Below, piece by piece: positions 1 to 13,679 of a stretch of 64,000 nt of DNA. Origin of the DNA: Octopus sinensis. Taxonomy: Eukaryota. The stretch lies in assembly GCF_006345805.1 (NCBI RefSeq), contig NC_042997.1, positions 38,812,001-38,876,000 of the forward strand, given 5' to 3'. The notes beneath the pieces were generated by a model. It did no database searches, was not told the origin of the DNA, and saw only the letters and a list, made by a program, of their open reading frames with translations. The position numbers and the translations under genes were made by a program. How positions within the stretch are numbered: the first letter of the stretch is position 1; each line of letters begins with the position of its first letter.

Positions 1-164
1 AGTAACAATATCATAAAATATATATTCCGACAGAGTTTTAAAAGAGTTGAAAATTACTAGTCTATAAAAATTGTGAGTTAATAAAAAAAATTTTCATTTC
101 CGTTCAGTTCGTCGGCACTAATCTTTTATCTGTTTCGTTTTGACCTACTCTTATTTCAAATTTA

Positions 165-294
<130 letters not shown>

Positions 295-543
295 CGCTCG
301 CTCGTTCGCTCTCCCTGACTTTCTGTTAATGATTATAATCTTATTTAATAATCATGATTAATGTAGCAGTAATAGAATGAGATTACTGCGCATTCACTCC
401 TAAATTTTCATAGTCGCTTTTTTGCAAGATAACAACGACGGCATAGCCAAATATATGAGTGCGTGCGGGTGTATGTGTGTGTGTGCGTTTATGTTGTGTG
501 TGTGTGTGCAGTTAGATAGATTGTTGCTAAATATATAGATAAG

Positions 544-742
544 TTTCTTTATTGGCCACACAGGGCTGCACACAGATGGGACAAGTTACAAGGTAGAGCT
601 TTTCTTTTGGGGGATGAAAAAAACAAAAAACAAAAGAAACAAAAAAAAATGGGGTGGCGTAGGTTTTCGATCAAGAGGGATCGTAAAAGGGAAGAAAAAA
701 AAAGAAAAAAAAAGAAAAAGAAAAAAAGGAAAAGGAAAATGG
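544..742 (-). mobile_element. 3' end (3' UTR) of a probable L1/Tx1-like LINE
   Basis: The minus strand ends ...CTTGTCCCATCTGTGTGCAGCCCTGTGTGGCCAATAAAGAAA (poly(A)-signal-like end) after a T-rich stretch and abuts (GATA)n. No coding sequence remains, so the clade is inferred. Confidence 0.45.
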
Positions 743-744
743 AA

Positions 745-1740
<996 letters not shown>

Positions 1741-1744
1741 CACA

Positions 1745-2860
1745 ATGAAGGTTTATTTTTCAACATAGTCCCCATTGCGGTCCATGCACTTCTTCCATCG
1801 GTGTTGCAGTGCTTAGATCTCAACAGTGAAGAGGCTTTCATCCAGTTAGTCAAAAACAAGTCATCAACAGCAGATCTGACGTCATCATCACTGCGATACA
1901 GGTTACGAGCCAAGTGTTTTTTCATGCTGAGGAACAGATGATAATCAGATAGGGCCAGATCAGAACTGGGAGGATGACCAACCAATTCAAAACTACACTC
2001 ACACACAGCAGCTATTGAAATAAAGGCTTTGTGTGCTGGAGTATTGTCCTGATGAAATAAAACCCCATTCATCAGTTGTCCTGAGCGTTTGGTTTTGATA
2101 GCCTTTGGTAAGTGCCTCAGCAAGTTGGTATGGTACTCTCCATTGATGGTGTGATCCTTTTGAAGATATTCAAAAAAACACAATACCTTTTGCATTCCCA
2201 AAACACTAAGGCCACCACCTTCCTTACAAATGAAACGATTTTGTCCTTCTTTGGAGCATGTGAGCAAGGGTGCTTTCACTACATAGATTGTCTCTTTGTC
2301 TTTGGTTCAAAGCTTTGAACCCAACACACATCCTACGTTAAAAAACGTTCAAAGAAATCAGCTGGATCTGTCTTAAATGATGTCAGATTTTGCCATGATG
2401 TGTTCAGCCGACTGCGCCCTCGATCAGGTGTCTGAAGACATGGCACCCACCTAGAAGAAATGTTCGTAATTCCATGTCCATAGGGGTACAATATTCTCAA
2501 GTCTCTCACGGATTATACTAATATTATTGACTATTTCATTTATTGCCAATCGCCTGTTATCCATCATTATATGATGAACTCAATCACTGTTTTCCTCCGT
2601 GTAGCATTTGCGGTACGTCCAGACATTAGGTCATCTTCAAAATTCTCTCTTCCTCCTCCTAAATTCAGCCTCACTCTTTTGCACTGTTGATAAAGCTGAG
2701 GTGTCACCCCTAATGTTGCAATCATATCAGCATGAATGTTGTTGGGAGTTAAATATTTTATCCGCTGATACTTTATAACAGCATGATGCCAAATTTCGTT
2801 CATTATCAAGAAAAATCGCAACTAATTAAATTTGAGGTTTTCTTTGAAGAGTAAGATGTC
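1745..2860 (-). mobile_element. Decayed mariner transposase (irritans-like)
   Basis: N-terminal AVIKY...IHADM...FEDDLMSGR; catalytic part TINGEYH...LFHQDNTPAH...HPP(Y)SSDLALSDYHLF; ends GDYVEK*. Several frameshifts. Confidence 0.9.
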
Positions 2861-2975
2861 AGTTTACCTAGAAAGAAACGATACATTATTGACAGAAACA
2901 GAAATTAATGCATGCAATATTTCCCAAAGGAGTATATTCAGCATATTTAGCTTTATGAGTTCAATAAAGGCAACA

Positions 2976-3374
2976 GCGCAGGAGTGACTGTGTGGTAAGT
3001 AGCTTGCTAACCAACCACATGGTTCCGGGTTCAGTCCCACTGCGTGGCATCTTAGGCAAGCGTCTTCTGCTATAGCCTCGGGATGACCAATGCCTTGTGA
3101 GTGGATTTGGTAGACGGAAACTGAAAGAAGCCTGTCGTATATATGTATATATATGTATGTATGTGTATATGTTTGTGTCTGTGTTTGTCCCTCTAGCATT
3201 GCTTGACAACCGATGCTGGTGTGTTTACGTCCCAGTCACTTAACGGTTCGGCAAAAGAGACCGATAGAATAAGTACTTACAAAGAATAAGTCCTAGGGTC
3301 GATTTGCTCGACTAAAGGCGGTGCTCCAGCATGGCCGCAGTCAAATGACTGAAACAAGTAAAAGAGTAAAAGAG
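2976..3374 (+). mobile_element. tRNA-derived SINE family A (resembles the octopus OK SINE)
   Basis: Head GCGCAGGAGTG..TGTGTGGT with B-box-like GGTTCAGTCCC, internal TA/TG microsatellite and a (TAAAAGAG)n tail; more than 10 related copies in the window. Family name is from memory. Confidence 0.9.
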
Positions 3375-3377
3375 AGA

Positions 3378-4110
3378 GCGCAACAGAAAGTGCGAGGAAT
3401 ATCAATGTAGTATAAGGAGATCGGACAATAAACGTAAGCTAGTGTCAACGGTGGTTCCAGAAATTCCTAGCCGGAAACTACGGCCTTGAAGACGAGCCGC
3501 GATCTGGAAGATCTGTAGGGCTTGATGAGGACGTCCTACAAACCCTGGTGGAAATAAATCCCATCGTAACTGTTGAGTAACTAACAGAGAATCTTGGATT
3601 TGGTCATTCAACTATTCGTCTACACCTGCGTGCCATCGGAAAAGTTAGCAAATTGGGTCAATGGGTTCCTCACAAATTTTCCGAGTTTAGTCGCGCGCAG
3701 AGAGTGAATGTGTGCTCTTCTTTGCTGCCACGTCTCACGAATGAGCCTTTTTTGGATCAAATAGTGACTGGTGATGCGAAAAGGGCTCTCTATAAATTGC
3801 CAAGCACCGAAGACAGTGGGTAGGGAAAGGAGCAACACCGGCACCCCAGGCTAACCAGAGTCTTCACTCACGTAAGGTATTGTTATCTGTTTGGTGGGAT
3901 ATGAAAGGTTTAGTCTACTTTGAACGTTTAAACCCAAACCAAACAATAACAAAGGAGATCTACTGCGAGCAGCTTGAGCGGGTTGAGTCAGCACTAGAAG
4001 AAAAACGACCATCTTCGATTTCAAGATGAAAGGTGCTCTTCCGTCAGGATAATGCTCGGCCACATACAGCGAGGATTCATTCGAAAGGCTGGACACAGTT
4101 TGGTGACTTT
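3378..4110 (+). mobile_element. Decayed mariner transposase
   Basis: Translates with stops as CQRWFQKF...LEDEPRSGR...LGQWVPHKFSE...FLDQIVTGDAKR...QDNARPH. Confidence 0.9.
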
Positions 4111-4314
4111 TCCGATGGCATGCAGGTGTCGATGAATGGTTGAATGACCAAATATAAAAAAGGCGGTACTCCAGCATGGCCGCAGTCAAATGACTAAAAA
4201 AAGGAAAAAAGGAAAGATGTATATATATATATATATAGATAGATATATAGATAGATAGATAGATAAACATATATGAAAGCGAGAGAAAGAGAGAGTGACA
4301 GACAGACAGACATC

Positions 4315-5400
4315 TACACACGATAGTTGACCTGAAAGTAATGCACAAGTGAACACGTTTTTTTTTATTTACTGACATAAGTTTTCCTCTAGAGTGATTC
4401 TCTTTGCCGTTCTTCATTGTAGGTAAATAATGAGTTACAAGCTGAACTAACCTGCTCTCATTGAGTTATTGACAAAGGATGAATCTAGGCTGTCTGATAT
4501 TTGTAGAAGGCTAAATGTTGTTTATGCAGATGACACCATTGACAAGTGTACTGTGCGCTCAGATGGATGAACGAGTTTGAAGAAACCAGAATGGAAACAA
4601 ACGCCATGCAATGGGAAAGTATCAACCACAACAACCTCTGGCGCGAATTGCTAGCGAGTGGATGAAATGGTTACTTCAGACGGACGAGTCATAAGCAGTG
4701 AACTTTCTGCACAACTGGATTTTGGTCACAATGCTTTACAGAACATGGTAGGATATATTGGGTGTCGAAAAGTGTGCGTAAAGTAACTGCCATGGCAGTT
4801 GACACTCGGTTTAAATGAGAAAAGGATACAAATCTACTCTGATCTGCTGGAAGCATTTGAAGGCAATAAATATATTTTTCCCACATAGCCTCAAGAGATC
4901 ACATGTGGCCGTATCTTTAGGAAATTTTTCTGCAAGGCCTAAGAACTTCAAGAGCCGGCAATCGGCACAGAAAGTAATGGTAACTTTCGAGGGGATGATG
5001 AATGTCACTCCCTTTCTGAAACGCGCATCTGCAGTGAACATCGAGACGTACGATACATTGAGACATTCAAAAGGCTTAGAATAGACTTTCAAAGAAACCG
5101 AACAGTAATTTGAAAATGATTCACATTCGCCATAAGAGTACGTGGTCACATATATATTTGACAACAAATCAGTTGATCAGCAAATTGGGTTGGTTAATAG
5201 TTTCCCCTATTCACCGTACAACCCAGATTTCGTGCCTTCCGTCTTGGAGACCGATCAGGTGGAAGTGTACAACAATGCTCATCTGAATTTTGTCAAAAAC
5301 AGTTTAGAGGTTGGGTTCAACGTTGGCGCAAATGCATCGCTTATGATAGGGATAATGTTTAGCAGAACTTTTGTATAGGAGAAATTACTCTACCAAGTGC
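4315..5400 (+). mobile_element. Highly decayed mariner element
   Basis: MSYKL...DICRRLNVVYADDTIDKCTVR, PKNFKSRQSAQKVMVTF and PYSPYNPDFVPS motifs. Confidence 0.75.
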
Positions 5401-5419
5401 ACTTTGAGGATCTATGTCA

Positions 5420-5818
5420 TCTTTATATATAAAAGTGAGGTTGTGTGCTGTCTGTCTCCTACGATTTAGATTCCTAACTACTCCCACATTTTGCAGTGCA
5501 GTTTAACCAAAACCGGGTATCTTATAGTCGTGATTCATATCGAGCCCTTCTGGGTATTAGCGCGCGTCTACGATGAGTCTACGATTTTAAAAATAATTTA
5601 CCATCAATTTTTCCCATTTTTAATGCATTTTTGGCATATATAAGGGAAGTAACTCTCTAAAAATTTATTATTAAATCTCAGAACGTAAAAAGCTACAGTA
5701 ACACCCCCCTCCCTTTGTGGTTAGCCATATTGAGATGGCTATAATACTTTACATCTCTAAAAATGCTTATATAGTTATTTCCCTTACAAACCCGAGCAAC
5801 GCCGGGCGATACTGCTAG
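5420..5818 (+). mobile_element. Non-autonomous Helitron
   Basis: A|TCTTTATATATAAAAG 5' end, subterminal hairpin CCCGAGCAACGCCGGG, CTAG|T 3' end, no TSD. Confidence 0.85.
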
Positions 5819-6227
5819 TTTAATATAAAAGTAATGTCACTTTAGTATAAGATATAAACCCGAGCGCACGCGTACGTGTGTGTGTATGTGTGTGTGTGAA
5901 TGGATGGATGGATACATGGGTGAATGTACTGTGGAAGTAGTAGAAATGGAGGGAAAGATTATAATTAGGAAAACATACACGTGTATATGTAAGAAGTGCA
6001 GTAATAAAACTTATTATAATATATTTTGAAACAAAGCGTCTGAGATATAGATTGGATTGTTGAACCAAATCAGACGTAGGTTATATGTAGAGAGATTTAA
6101 CGGGTTGGAAAACATAAAATTAAGAATGTTGATAACTGTGGTAAATATATTAACTGAACGGTAAGTTCATTGACTTTATGAGAATTAAAAAACGTGTTAG
6201 CTGCATTTTAAATTAGTTATTAAGGAC

Positions 6228-6333
<106 letters not shown>

Positions 6334-6578
6334 TACCATTGAGACTATGAAGTAGTGGTTATTATGAGTAAATATTAGTAATAAAATGATTCTAATAAAA
6401 TAAAGTTTATTCAAGTAGGTTAAGGATAAATAAAAGAAGCAACACTGATGCAAGAGAGTCCCGGCAGTGAGTAGGAAGGTAAGGGTTGGAGAAGGCAATG
6501 GGGGAAGCTATAGATAAAGCTAAGTTAAAACATAAGAAAGTAAAATTAAATTTCACTTTAAATTATAATGAAATTAAT

Positions 6579-6754
6579 AGGCGCAGGAGTGGCTGTGTGG
6601 TAAGTAGCTTGTTTACCAACCACATGGTTCCGGGTTCAGTCCCACTGTGTGGCATCTTGGGCAAGTGTCTTCTACTATAGCCCCGGGCCGACCAATGCCT
6701 TGTGAGTGGATTTGGTAGACGGAAACTGAAAGAAGCCCATCGTATATTTGTATG

Positions 6755-6806
<52 letters not shown>

Positions 6807-7031
6807 GTGTGTGTGTGTGTGTGTGTTTGTCCCTCTAGCATTGCTTGACAACCGATGCTGGTGTGTTTACGTCCCCGTTACTTAGCGGTTCGGCAAAAAG
6901 AGACCGATAGAATAAGTACTGGGCTTACAAAGAATAAGTCCCGGGGTCTATTTGCTCGACTAAAGGCGGTGCTCCAGCATGGCCGCAGTCAAATGACTGA
7001 AACAAGTAAAAGAGTAAGGAGTAAAGAGTAA
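6579..7031 (+). mobile_element. SINE family A, full length
   Basis: Same head, body and tail as 2976-3374. Confidence 0.9.
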
Positions 7032-7327
7032 TGTGGAAACGGGAAATAGGGTTGGTAAGGAGACACGTGGGAGAGATATCAGAAAAACTTCCTTTTGGAA
7101 GTGAGAAATGGGGAAAAAAAAACATGGGTGAATTTTATTAGTATGATATTAGCAGAAAGAGGGATATTATTTAAGGATGAATCAATTTTTTGTTTTTATA
7201 TATTAAACTGAAGAGCAATGTAAGATAATGTGAAAATGGGGATAAATAGATACGCTATAAGAAAGAGAGATGAAAGCATCGTTCCGAAATGTGTGAAGTT
7301 TTATACAGAGTAATGTGTAGCGTATCA

Positions 7328-7733
7328 TTCTTTTATTCTTTTATTTGTTTCAGTCATTTGACTGCGGCCATGCTGGAGCACCGCCTTTAGTCGAGCAAAT
7401 CGACCCTAGGACTTATTCTTTGTAAGCCCAGTACTTATTCTATCGGTCTCTTTTGCCGAACCGTTAAGTGACTGGGACGTAAACACACCAGCATCGGTTG
7501 TCAAGCAATGCTAGAGGGACAAACACAGACACAAACATATACACATACATACATATATATACATATATACGACAGGCTTCTTTCAGTTTCCGTCTACCAA
7601 ATCCACTCACAAGGCATTGGTCGGCCCGGGGCTATAGCAGAAGACACTTGCCCAAGATGCCACGCAGTGAGACTGAACCCGGAACCATGTGGTTGGTTAG
7701 CAAGCTACTTACCACACAGCCACTCCTGCGCCT
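7328..7733 (-). mobile_element. SINE family A, full length
   Basis: Reverse-complement copy; the middle is near-identical to 2976-3374. Confidence 0.9.
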
Positions 7734-8064
7734 ATGTAAGAAAAATAAGGTAATAATACTGAAGCAAGCCGGCAATTTTATGCAGATTCTTAGACATTGT
7801 TAATTTCTCTTATGTTCATTAAGGTAATAAAATTAATTAATCCGTTAATATATTTACCACAACTATAAGCATTCCTAAGTTTAAGGTCCCCTTGTTTTCC
7901 CCTTTCGATATATCCCCCAAATTTAGTTCCTTCCTATCCCAGTCACAGACTTTTTACAGTAAAATATATATTACACAACATCTTTTCACGGAACTCGCAC
8001 ACATCCAAACACACACACATACACACACACAGACATAGTATGTCTATGTGCGCATGCGTGTATA

Positions 8065-11000
8065 TGTATGTGTGTCATTATTCAGTTTATTTCAAGATTT
8101 CTTGCCAATAAAGAACCAGTTTCTAACCTAGATCCAAGGTTCCTTCATTGGAATTTCAACGTCAACAACAGGTTATTTTTGTTTGTTTGGTATGTATGTA
8201 TGTATGTATGTGCAGATTTGTTTTATGTATGTATTCTCATGCATATAGTTACATATCTAGGCATGATCATATATATTTAAATGATAAACTTCTGGAAAGT
8301 TTTACAGATTTTTACAGTTCCAGTGATGGATTGGATCAGTAGTCTTCAAATTAGCTTTCTCCTTTCTGGTTTTGAGAAGCCTAATTTCTCAAGATTGGTA
8401 TCTAGGCAGTGTGTTACATATCCCAGGGCCCAATAATTACAGATATAAACTTGAAGTTGTAATTTGGATAGAATAACTGCAGATTTCTCAATAGAAATGT
8501 TCTCATTTTCACTAATCTTCAGCTTTATGTTAAATCTCTCAACAATCCAATCTATATCTCAGACGCTTTGTTTCAAAATATATTATAATAAGTTTTATCA
8601 CTGCATTTCTTACATATACACGTGTATGTTTTCCTAAATATCCGCAATTGTGCACAGTTTCTCTTCTCTATCTCAAATCATTATATCAGGTCTGTTGTGC
8701 TTACATTTTATTGAGGTCTTCAATGGTACATTCCACCAGTATTCTTTTTCATTATGAGTGTCTATAGCTTCTACCATAATATTTTTTTTATCAGTTCTTT
8801 GTCCTTGGGATTATCCTTCCGACGGATTTCATTTTCGGATGACATTTTCGGACGACTACTTATGATGTGGGTGATATCTTCTGTGCGAACTTCACAAAGT
8901 CTGCATCGATTGTCACATTTTACTGCTTTTCCCGCATCTCTATCCCTTTTGTGCCTCCGGTACGTGATTGATATTTCCTGTTCTTGGATTGCAAATGCAC
9001 ACCCTTCAAAGTGGGAGTTAGTAATCCGGTTCAATGATAAACTGTTTTGAAGATGAATGTTGATATCATCACGAAGCTTTCTACTAACATATTCATGCAT
9101 AGTCTTCTGTTCATATAGGTTTATCCTTTCATCTGATGATACGTTGCAGCAGAGTCGTGTGACTTCTTTGAACATGTATTCTAGATTATTAAACAAAGAA
9201 TGTTGCTCAAGGAGCTGCCTTCCAAGTCTCGTGTATGCAAAGTTATCAAGGGATGTACGTCGACACTTGGTGGTTGAAAGATGTTACCGAAGGGATATGA
9301 CGCGACATTCAAAGGCATTTGGGATCAATGTTGAGCCTCAGCCGCCTTGTTTACGTTTTAGGTAGAGGCGATCTACGTCACTGTTCATGTGGAAATTATG
9401 TGTGCTTGTTAGTACTTTTCGAGTTTTCCTATCAATGGCTCGGATTTCATCAAGCGTCCAATGAAGCAGCCCAAATGTTGGTATGAGTACTGGCACTGCA
9501 AAAGCAATGTGGGTAGCAGTTTTATTGAATGCAGAGAGTTCTGAGGTTCAATTTTTCTTTATTTGGCTGTAATATTCTTTAGTGACACGTGTTTTGTTAC
9601 AGGTGCCATTGTAAGATATATTCTCATCCACCCCTATATACCTATAACATTCCTCGACAGATGCAGGGGAAACAGTCAAATCATTGATGGAGATGTTACT
9701 AGTCTGGTTTATAGTTTTTCCTCTTTTCACAACAATATAACAACATTTATCCTGACCAAACTCCAACCCTACATCCTTTGAGAATGTTGTAACTAGGTCA
9801 AAGCTCTTTTTCATCTCATGCATATTCTTTGCATAAAATTTTAAGTCATCCACAAAGAAACTGTGGGTAATTTTGGTATTTCTGTTTCCTTGTGAACCAG
9901 TGAGATATCCTTCAGACTTACTTAACATGAATGACAAGAGGGTTACAGAAAGTATAAACAACATCACAGAGAGGCCGTCTCTTTGGAAAATGCCTTTGCG
10001 ATATTGTATTCTATCAGTGATAATACAGTCGCTCTTTGTGTTTAATTTCAAGATGGTGACCCACGATGAAGTTAGGTCAACTATGGTTTTGACTTTTCTC
10101 ACTGGAACTTTAGCAAGTTGAAGGGCTTCTAGCATCCATGAGTGGGGAACAGAGTCAAAGACTTTCTTGCAATCTAGCCACATTGAAATCAGGTTCTTCC
10201 TATGCTCCCACGCCTCTGACATCACAGTTTTGTTGATTAGTAATTGCCCGTCACATCTCCAGACTCCCTTCTTCCTAGCTGCTTGTTCGGCAGTGATAAT
10301 GTTATTGGTTGGTTTCACAATGGTCTTGGAGGAAGAGGTTTAAACATACTACATATATCTTATTCATTAAGCTCTGGCATGCAATTGGCCGGTGGTTTTT
10401 TGCCATGTAGGTGGTTCTGCATTTGGAGATCAATCTTATGTCTGCTAGAGTTAGCCAGTTTGGTATGCTACTGTTCTCAATAAAAGCTTGCTGGTACAGA
10501 TTGATAAGATATGGTCGGTAGAATGTTAACTTCTTGTACCAATATCCAAAAATCAAGTCTCTTCCAGGTGCTTTTCTATCCTGGAGTTTCTGGATCACAG
10601 TTGCAAGAGTTTCACCAGCAATGTTGTATCTCTTGGATGTAACGCAGGAGCAATAACTTTTTCGGATTTTCTCCCAGCCACAGAGCATCTTGGTTAAATT
10701 CTGTCTTCTCGTCAAGGAGCTTCCGTGATATTTATTACTCTTCCTCTCACGTGTCTGTATACTGCTGCTTGTGAGGGCGCGTGGCTTAGTGGTTAGGGCA
10801 TTCGGCTCATGATCGTAAGGTTGTGAGTTCGATTCCCGGCGACGCGTTGTGTCCTTGAGCAAGACACTTTATTTCACGTTGCTCCAGTCCACTCAGCTGG
10901 CAAAAATGAGTTGTACTTGTACTTCAAAGGGTCAGCCTTGTCACTCTCTGTGTCACGCTGATTATCCCCGAGAACTACGTTAAGGGTACACGTGTCTGTG

Positions 11001-11670
11001 GAATGCTCAGCCATTTGCACGTTAATTTCACGAGCAAGCTGTTCCGTTGATCGTATCAGCTGGGACCCTCGTCGTCGTAACCGGCGGAGTAAAAAAGAAT
11101 ACTGCTGCTTGGTTGCGGTTAAATTTTTTGTTTATTATCTTTCTCTCGGTTATTCTTTTCTGATGTCGGAGTTTTTCGCTGACAGATTTTAGCTCCTGCT
11201 TTAGGGTAATCAGTTTGCAAGAGAGTGTCCCCTTTTTGCTCTCTCCAAACATCCTTTCTATCTCCTTCTTTACTTTCTGTTGATGGGACGTATAATGATT
11301 TGCTTGTTTGCATGCAATAAACACCATTACATGACTGATGGTCTTCTGCAAACCAGATATATTTTTCTCTGTCTTAAAAACCCATGATGGTACTTTGTTA
11401 TTTCGGTTTTCTTTACATTTTGAATATCATTCATGTATTGTTTTACAGCAATAGCCAGCGCATATAGACAGGCGTTAATCTGCCAGTATGTGGGTTCATC
11501 ATACTGTAGTAAATACTCATCACCGATTTCGTTGACAGCTTTTAATACCGTATCTGGTGGGTTTTTTACTTTCTTTGGTAGAGAATACTCTCTCCTCGAG
11601 AGAGTCCTTCAAAGCCAAAGTTATTTTTTCTCGGAAAATTTCAGTAAGGGCACATTTCCGGGCATATAAT
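8065..11670 (-). mobile_element. R4/Dong-clade (RLE-type) non-LTR retrotransposon, decayed, interrupted by a SINE
   Basis: RT motifs KAPGRD, WLDCKKVFDSVPH, KGIFQRDGLS and FFVDDLK; CCHC-like CRLC...EDITHIIS; RLE motif HNRPDI. Confidence 0.9.
10772..11098 (+). mobile_element. tRNA-derived SINE family B with CORE-like segment (octopus OR2-like)
   Basis: A box TGGCTTAGTGG, B box GTTCGATTCC, CORE-like GTGTCCTTGAGCAAGACACTT; 13-bp TSD ATACTGCTGCTTG (10759-10771 / 11099-11111). Confidence 0.85.
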
Positions 11671-11674
11671 CCTG

Positions 11675-11706
<32 letters not shown>

Positions 11707-12441
11707 AATATTTACCATAGTCGTATGTATGTCATATAAGTGTTGTCATGTCTTTATTATCGGCACTTTTAAAAACCCACGCTCCATTGCTATGGGGCAG
11801 AAAGAGGCTATATGCATAACTTTAGAATAATATCCCTTTCTAAAATGTCCGGTTTGAATTATTTTGGAATATTACAAAAAAAAAAAACCTTGACTGAGGA
11901 ATTGTTATATTTGAACAGTACAGTCTATTTTCTTTGCTAATTTCATGTTTATCATACGTGTTTAAAGCTGTTATTGTTTTTCCGCTTTTTCTATGGCGAC
12001 ATAAGAGCATAACCTGTTTAAGTGAAGAGAAATAGTTGCTTTTGTGTTTCTTTGAATCGTCGATGTCATCGTCGTATTGTTATAGTTACACTTGTAGCAG
12101 ATGTATGCCCACTATATTTCATATAACAACGAAAACAAGGCGATCTGGCAGATTGTAAGATGCATATAAAATGACCACTTCTGTTTTCATAACCACTCAT
12201 CAGTAAAAAATAATATATCTTATGTGTACTTCATCATTTCAAAAAGATATAAGGACTTAATGGTTCTCAGTGCTTTATCAAGAATTCAAAAACATGTCAA
12301 CATAATATATTCTTTGTTTCTAAGAAACATATTTGTTTGAATTAAGAAGTTGCTTTGTGTAGCTCTAGGAGACTGAAGAGCTACAGATAATTATTTCATG
12401 TTTTTTGTCATGTTTTTATAATTTTTTTGTTAATTTTCTAG

Positions 12442-12462
12442 ATGAAACAACTGCTCGAAATG
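12442..12462 (+). CDS. Candidate 21-nt micro-exon of the class B GPCR, (D)ETTARN(G)
   Basis: Long T-rich acceptor ...ttttttgttaattttctag|ATGAAACAACTGCTCGAAATG|gtaacc; phase 1-1 and in frame with exon 60354. Confidence 0.4.
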
Positions 12463-13679
12463 GTAACCTCTTAACTAGTAATCTCTTATCTAATTCTACT
12501 GTGATCAACTTCTGTATTGTTATATTTCAATCAAAATCCATTGCGGTTTTCCTTTTTCTCTCTCTCTTTTTTTTCTGTATTCACTTCCTAATTTTATTAT
12601 TCCTTGCATGTTATGCAATATATCAAGGTATTACATTACGTGAAGCATTCTCTGCCTTGCCTTTATTCTTTAGTAAGTCTCAACCTTAAAGAATTTCCTT
12701 TAATTATTAACAACGAACAATTAATTAATTGATAGAAAGCAATAACTTAAACTACCTTTATCAAATACGGAGAAAAGGAAAGGATATCACTATAAGACTA
12801 TAGTTGCTTTTGCTGCTGTTATTGTAGTGGTGGTGGTGGTGGTGGTGGTGGTGGTGGTGGTGGTGGGAGAAGCAGAAGGAGGAAGAGGAAGCAAAAGAGG
12901 ATGGGATGAATGAGACCTGAGGAAAAGAGGAATATTTGTTGCTATCATTTTTTAAAATTCTTATAATACTATGTAATTGGAACTCTTGCATCTAATTGAA
13001 TTTAGGCTTCTTATCTTTTTTAATTTATGCTCTAATTATACAGTTATTTAATGCAATTTCACTGCATACATGAAAATTAAAAGAATAATGTCCCTATTTT
13101 TATTCAGACAAATTACGTGAGCTGACAAATCACGTTTTATTTAATGGATTAATTGGTTAGTTTTTATTTATTTGGGTGTTCTTGCTTTTTTACTTTTGCT
13201 TTGTTTTTTGGGGGTTTTTTTTCACTATCTGTCCGATATGTGTGAATGTTAAAGAAAAGACGCATTAACTAAATTGAAATATATTAGCAGTTTCACGGCA
13301 TCTATACAAAGACGGTGTTCTTGTTTTCTTTACGAAAGGGTTTTGCAGTTCAGGGGGACGTAACCTTCATGAAACTTGCTTTCTTTGTATATTACTATTG
13401 GGTACTTTAATTTATTTTTGAGTGTATATTTACATACACACACACATAAATGTGTGTGTGTGCTTGTGTGTGTATGTAAAGTGATCTTATAAGCTGAAAC
13501 GGCGAGCTGAGTCTAACCCTTAGGCGCCAGTAAGAGCCACTGACGAGCATTAATGTAAATGCGAAATCACTGTCCGATGCTGAGAGAGCTTGCCTCCCTT
13601 GTCAGTCATTAAACTAGTGCTTATCGTGGCTATGAGTTGCTTTGAATCGTCTTTCTAGCAATAACTCTTTCAAGATATC

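Noticed and set aside
2864-3209. Recurrent ORFs MLEGQTQ.../MSSNARGTN...
   Set aside because: Antisense translations of SINE A copies.
10772-10845. tRNA-like sequence (also about 19770-19840)
   Set aside because: SINE heads continuous with SINE bodies and TSDs; no complete cloverleaf.
12170-12210. Minus-strand CTGATGA...GAAA
   Set aside because: Stems I and III do not pair; likely chance.
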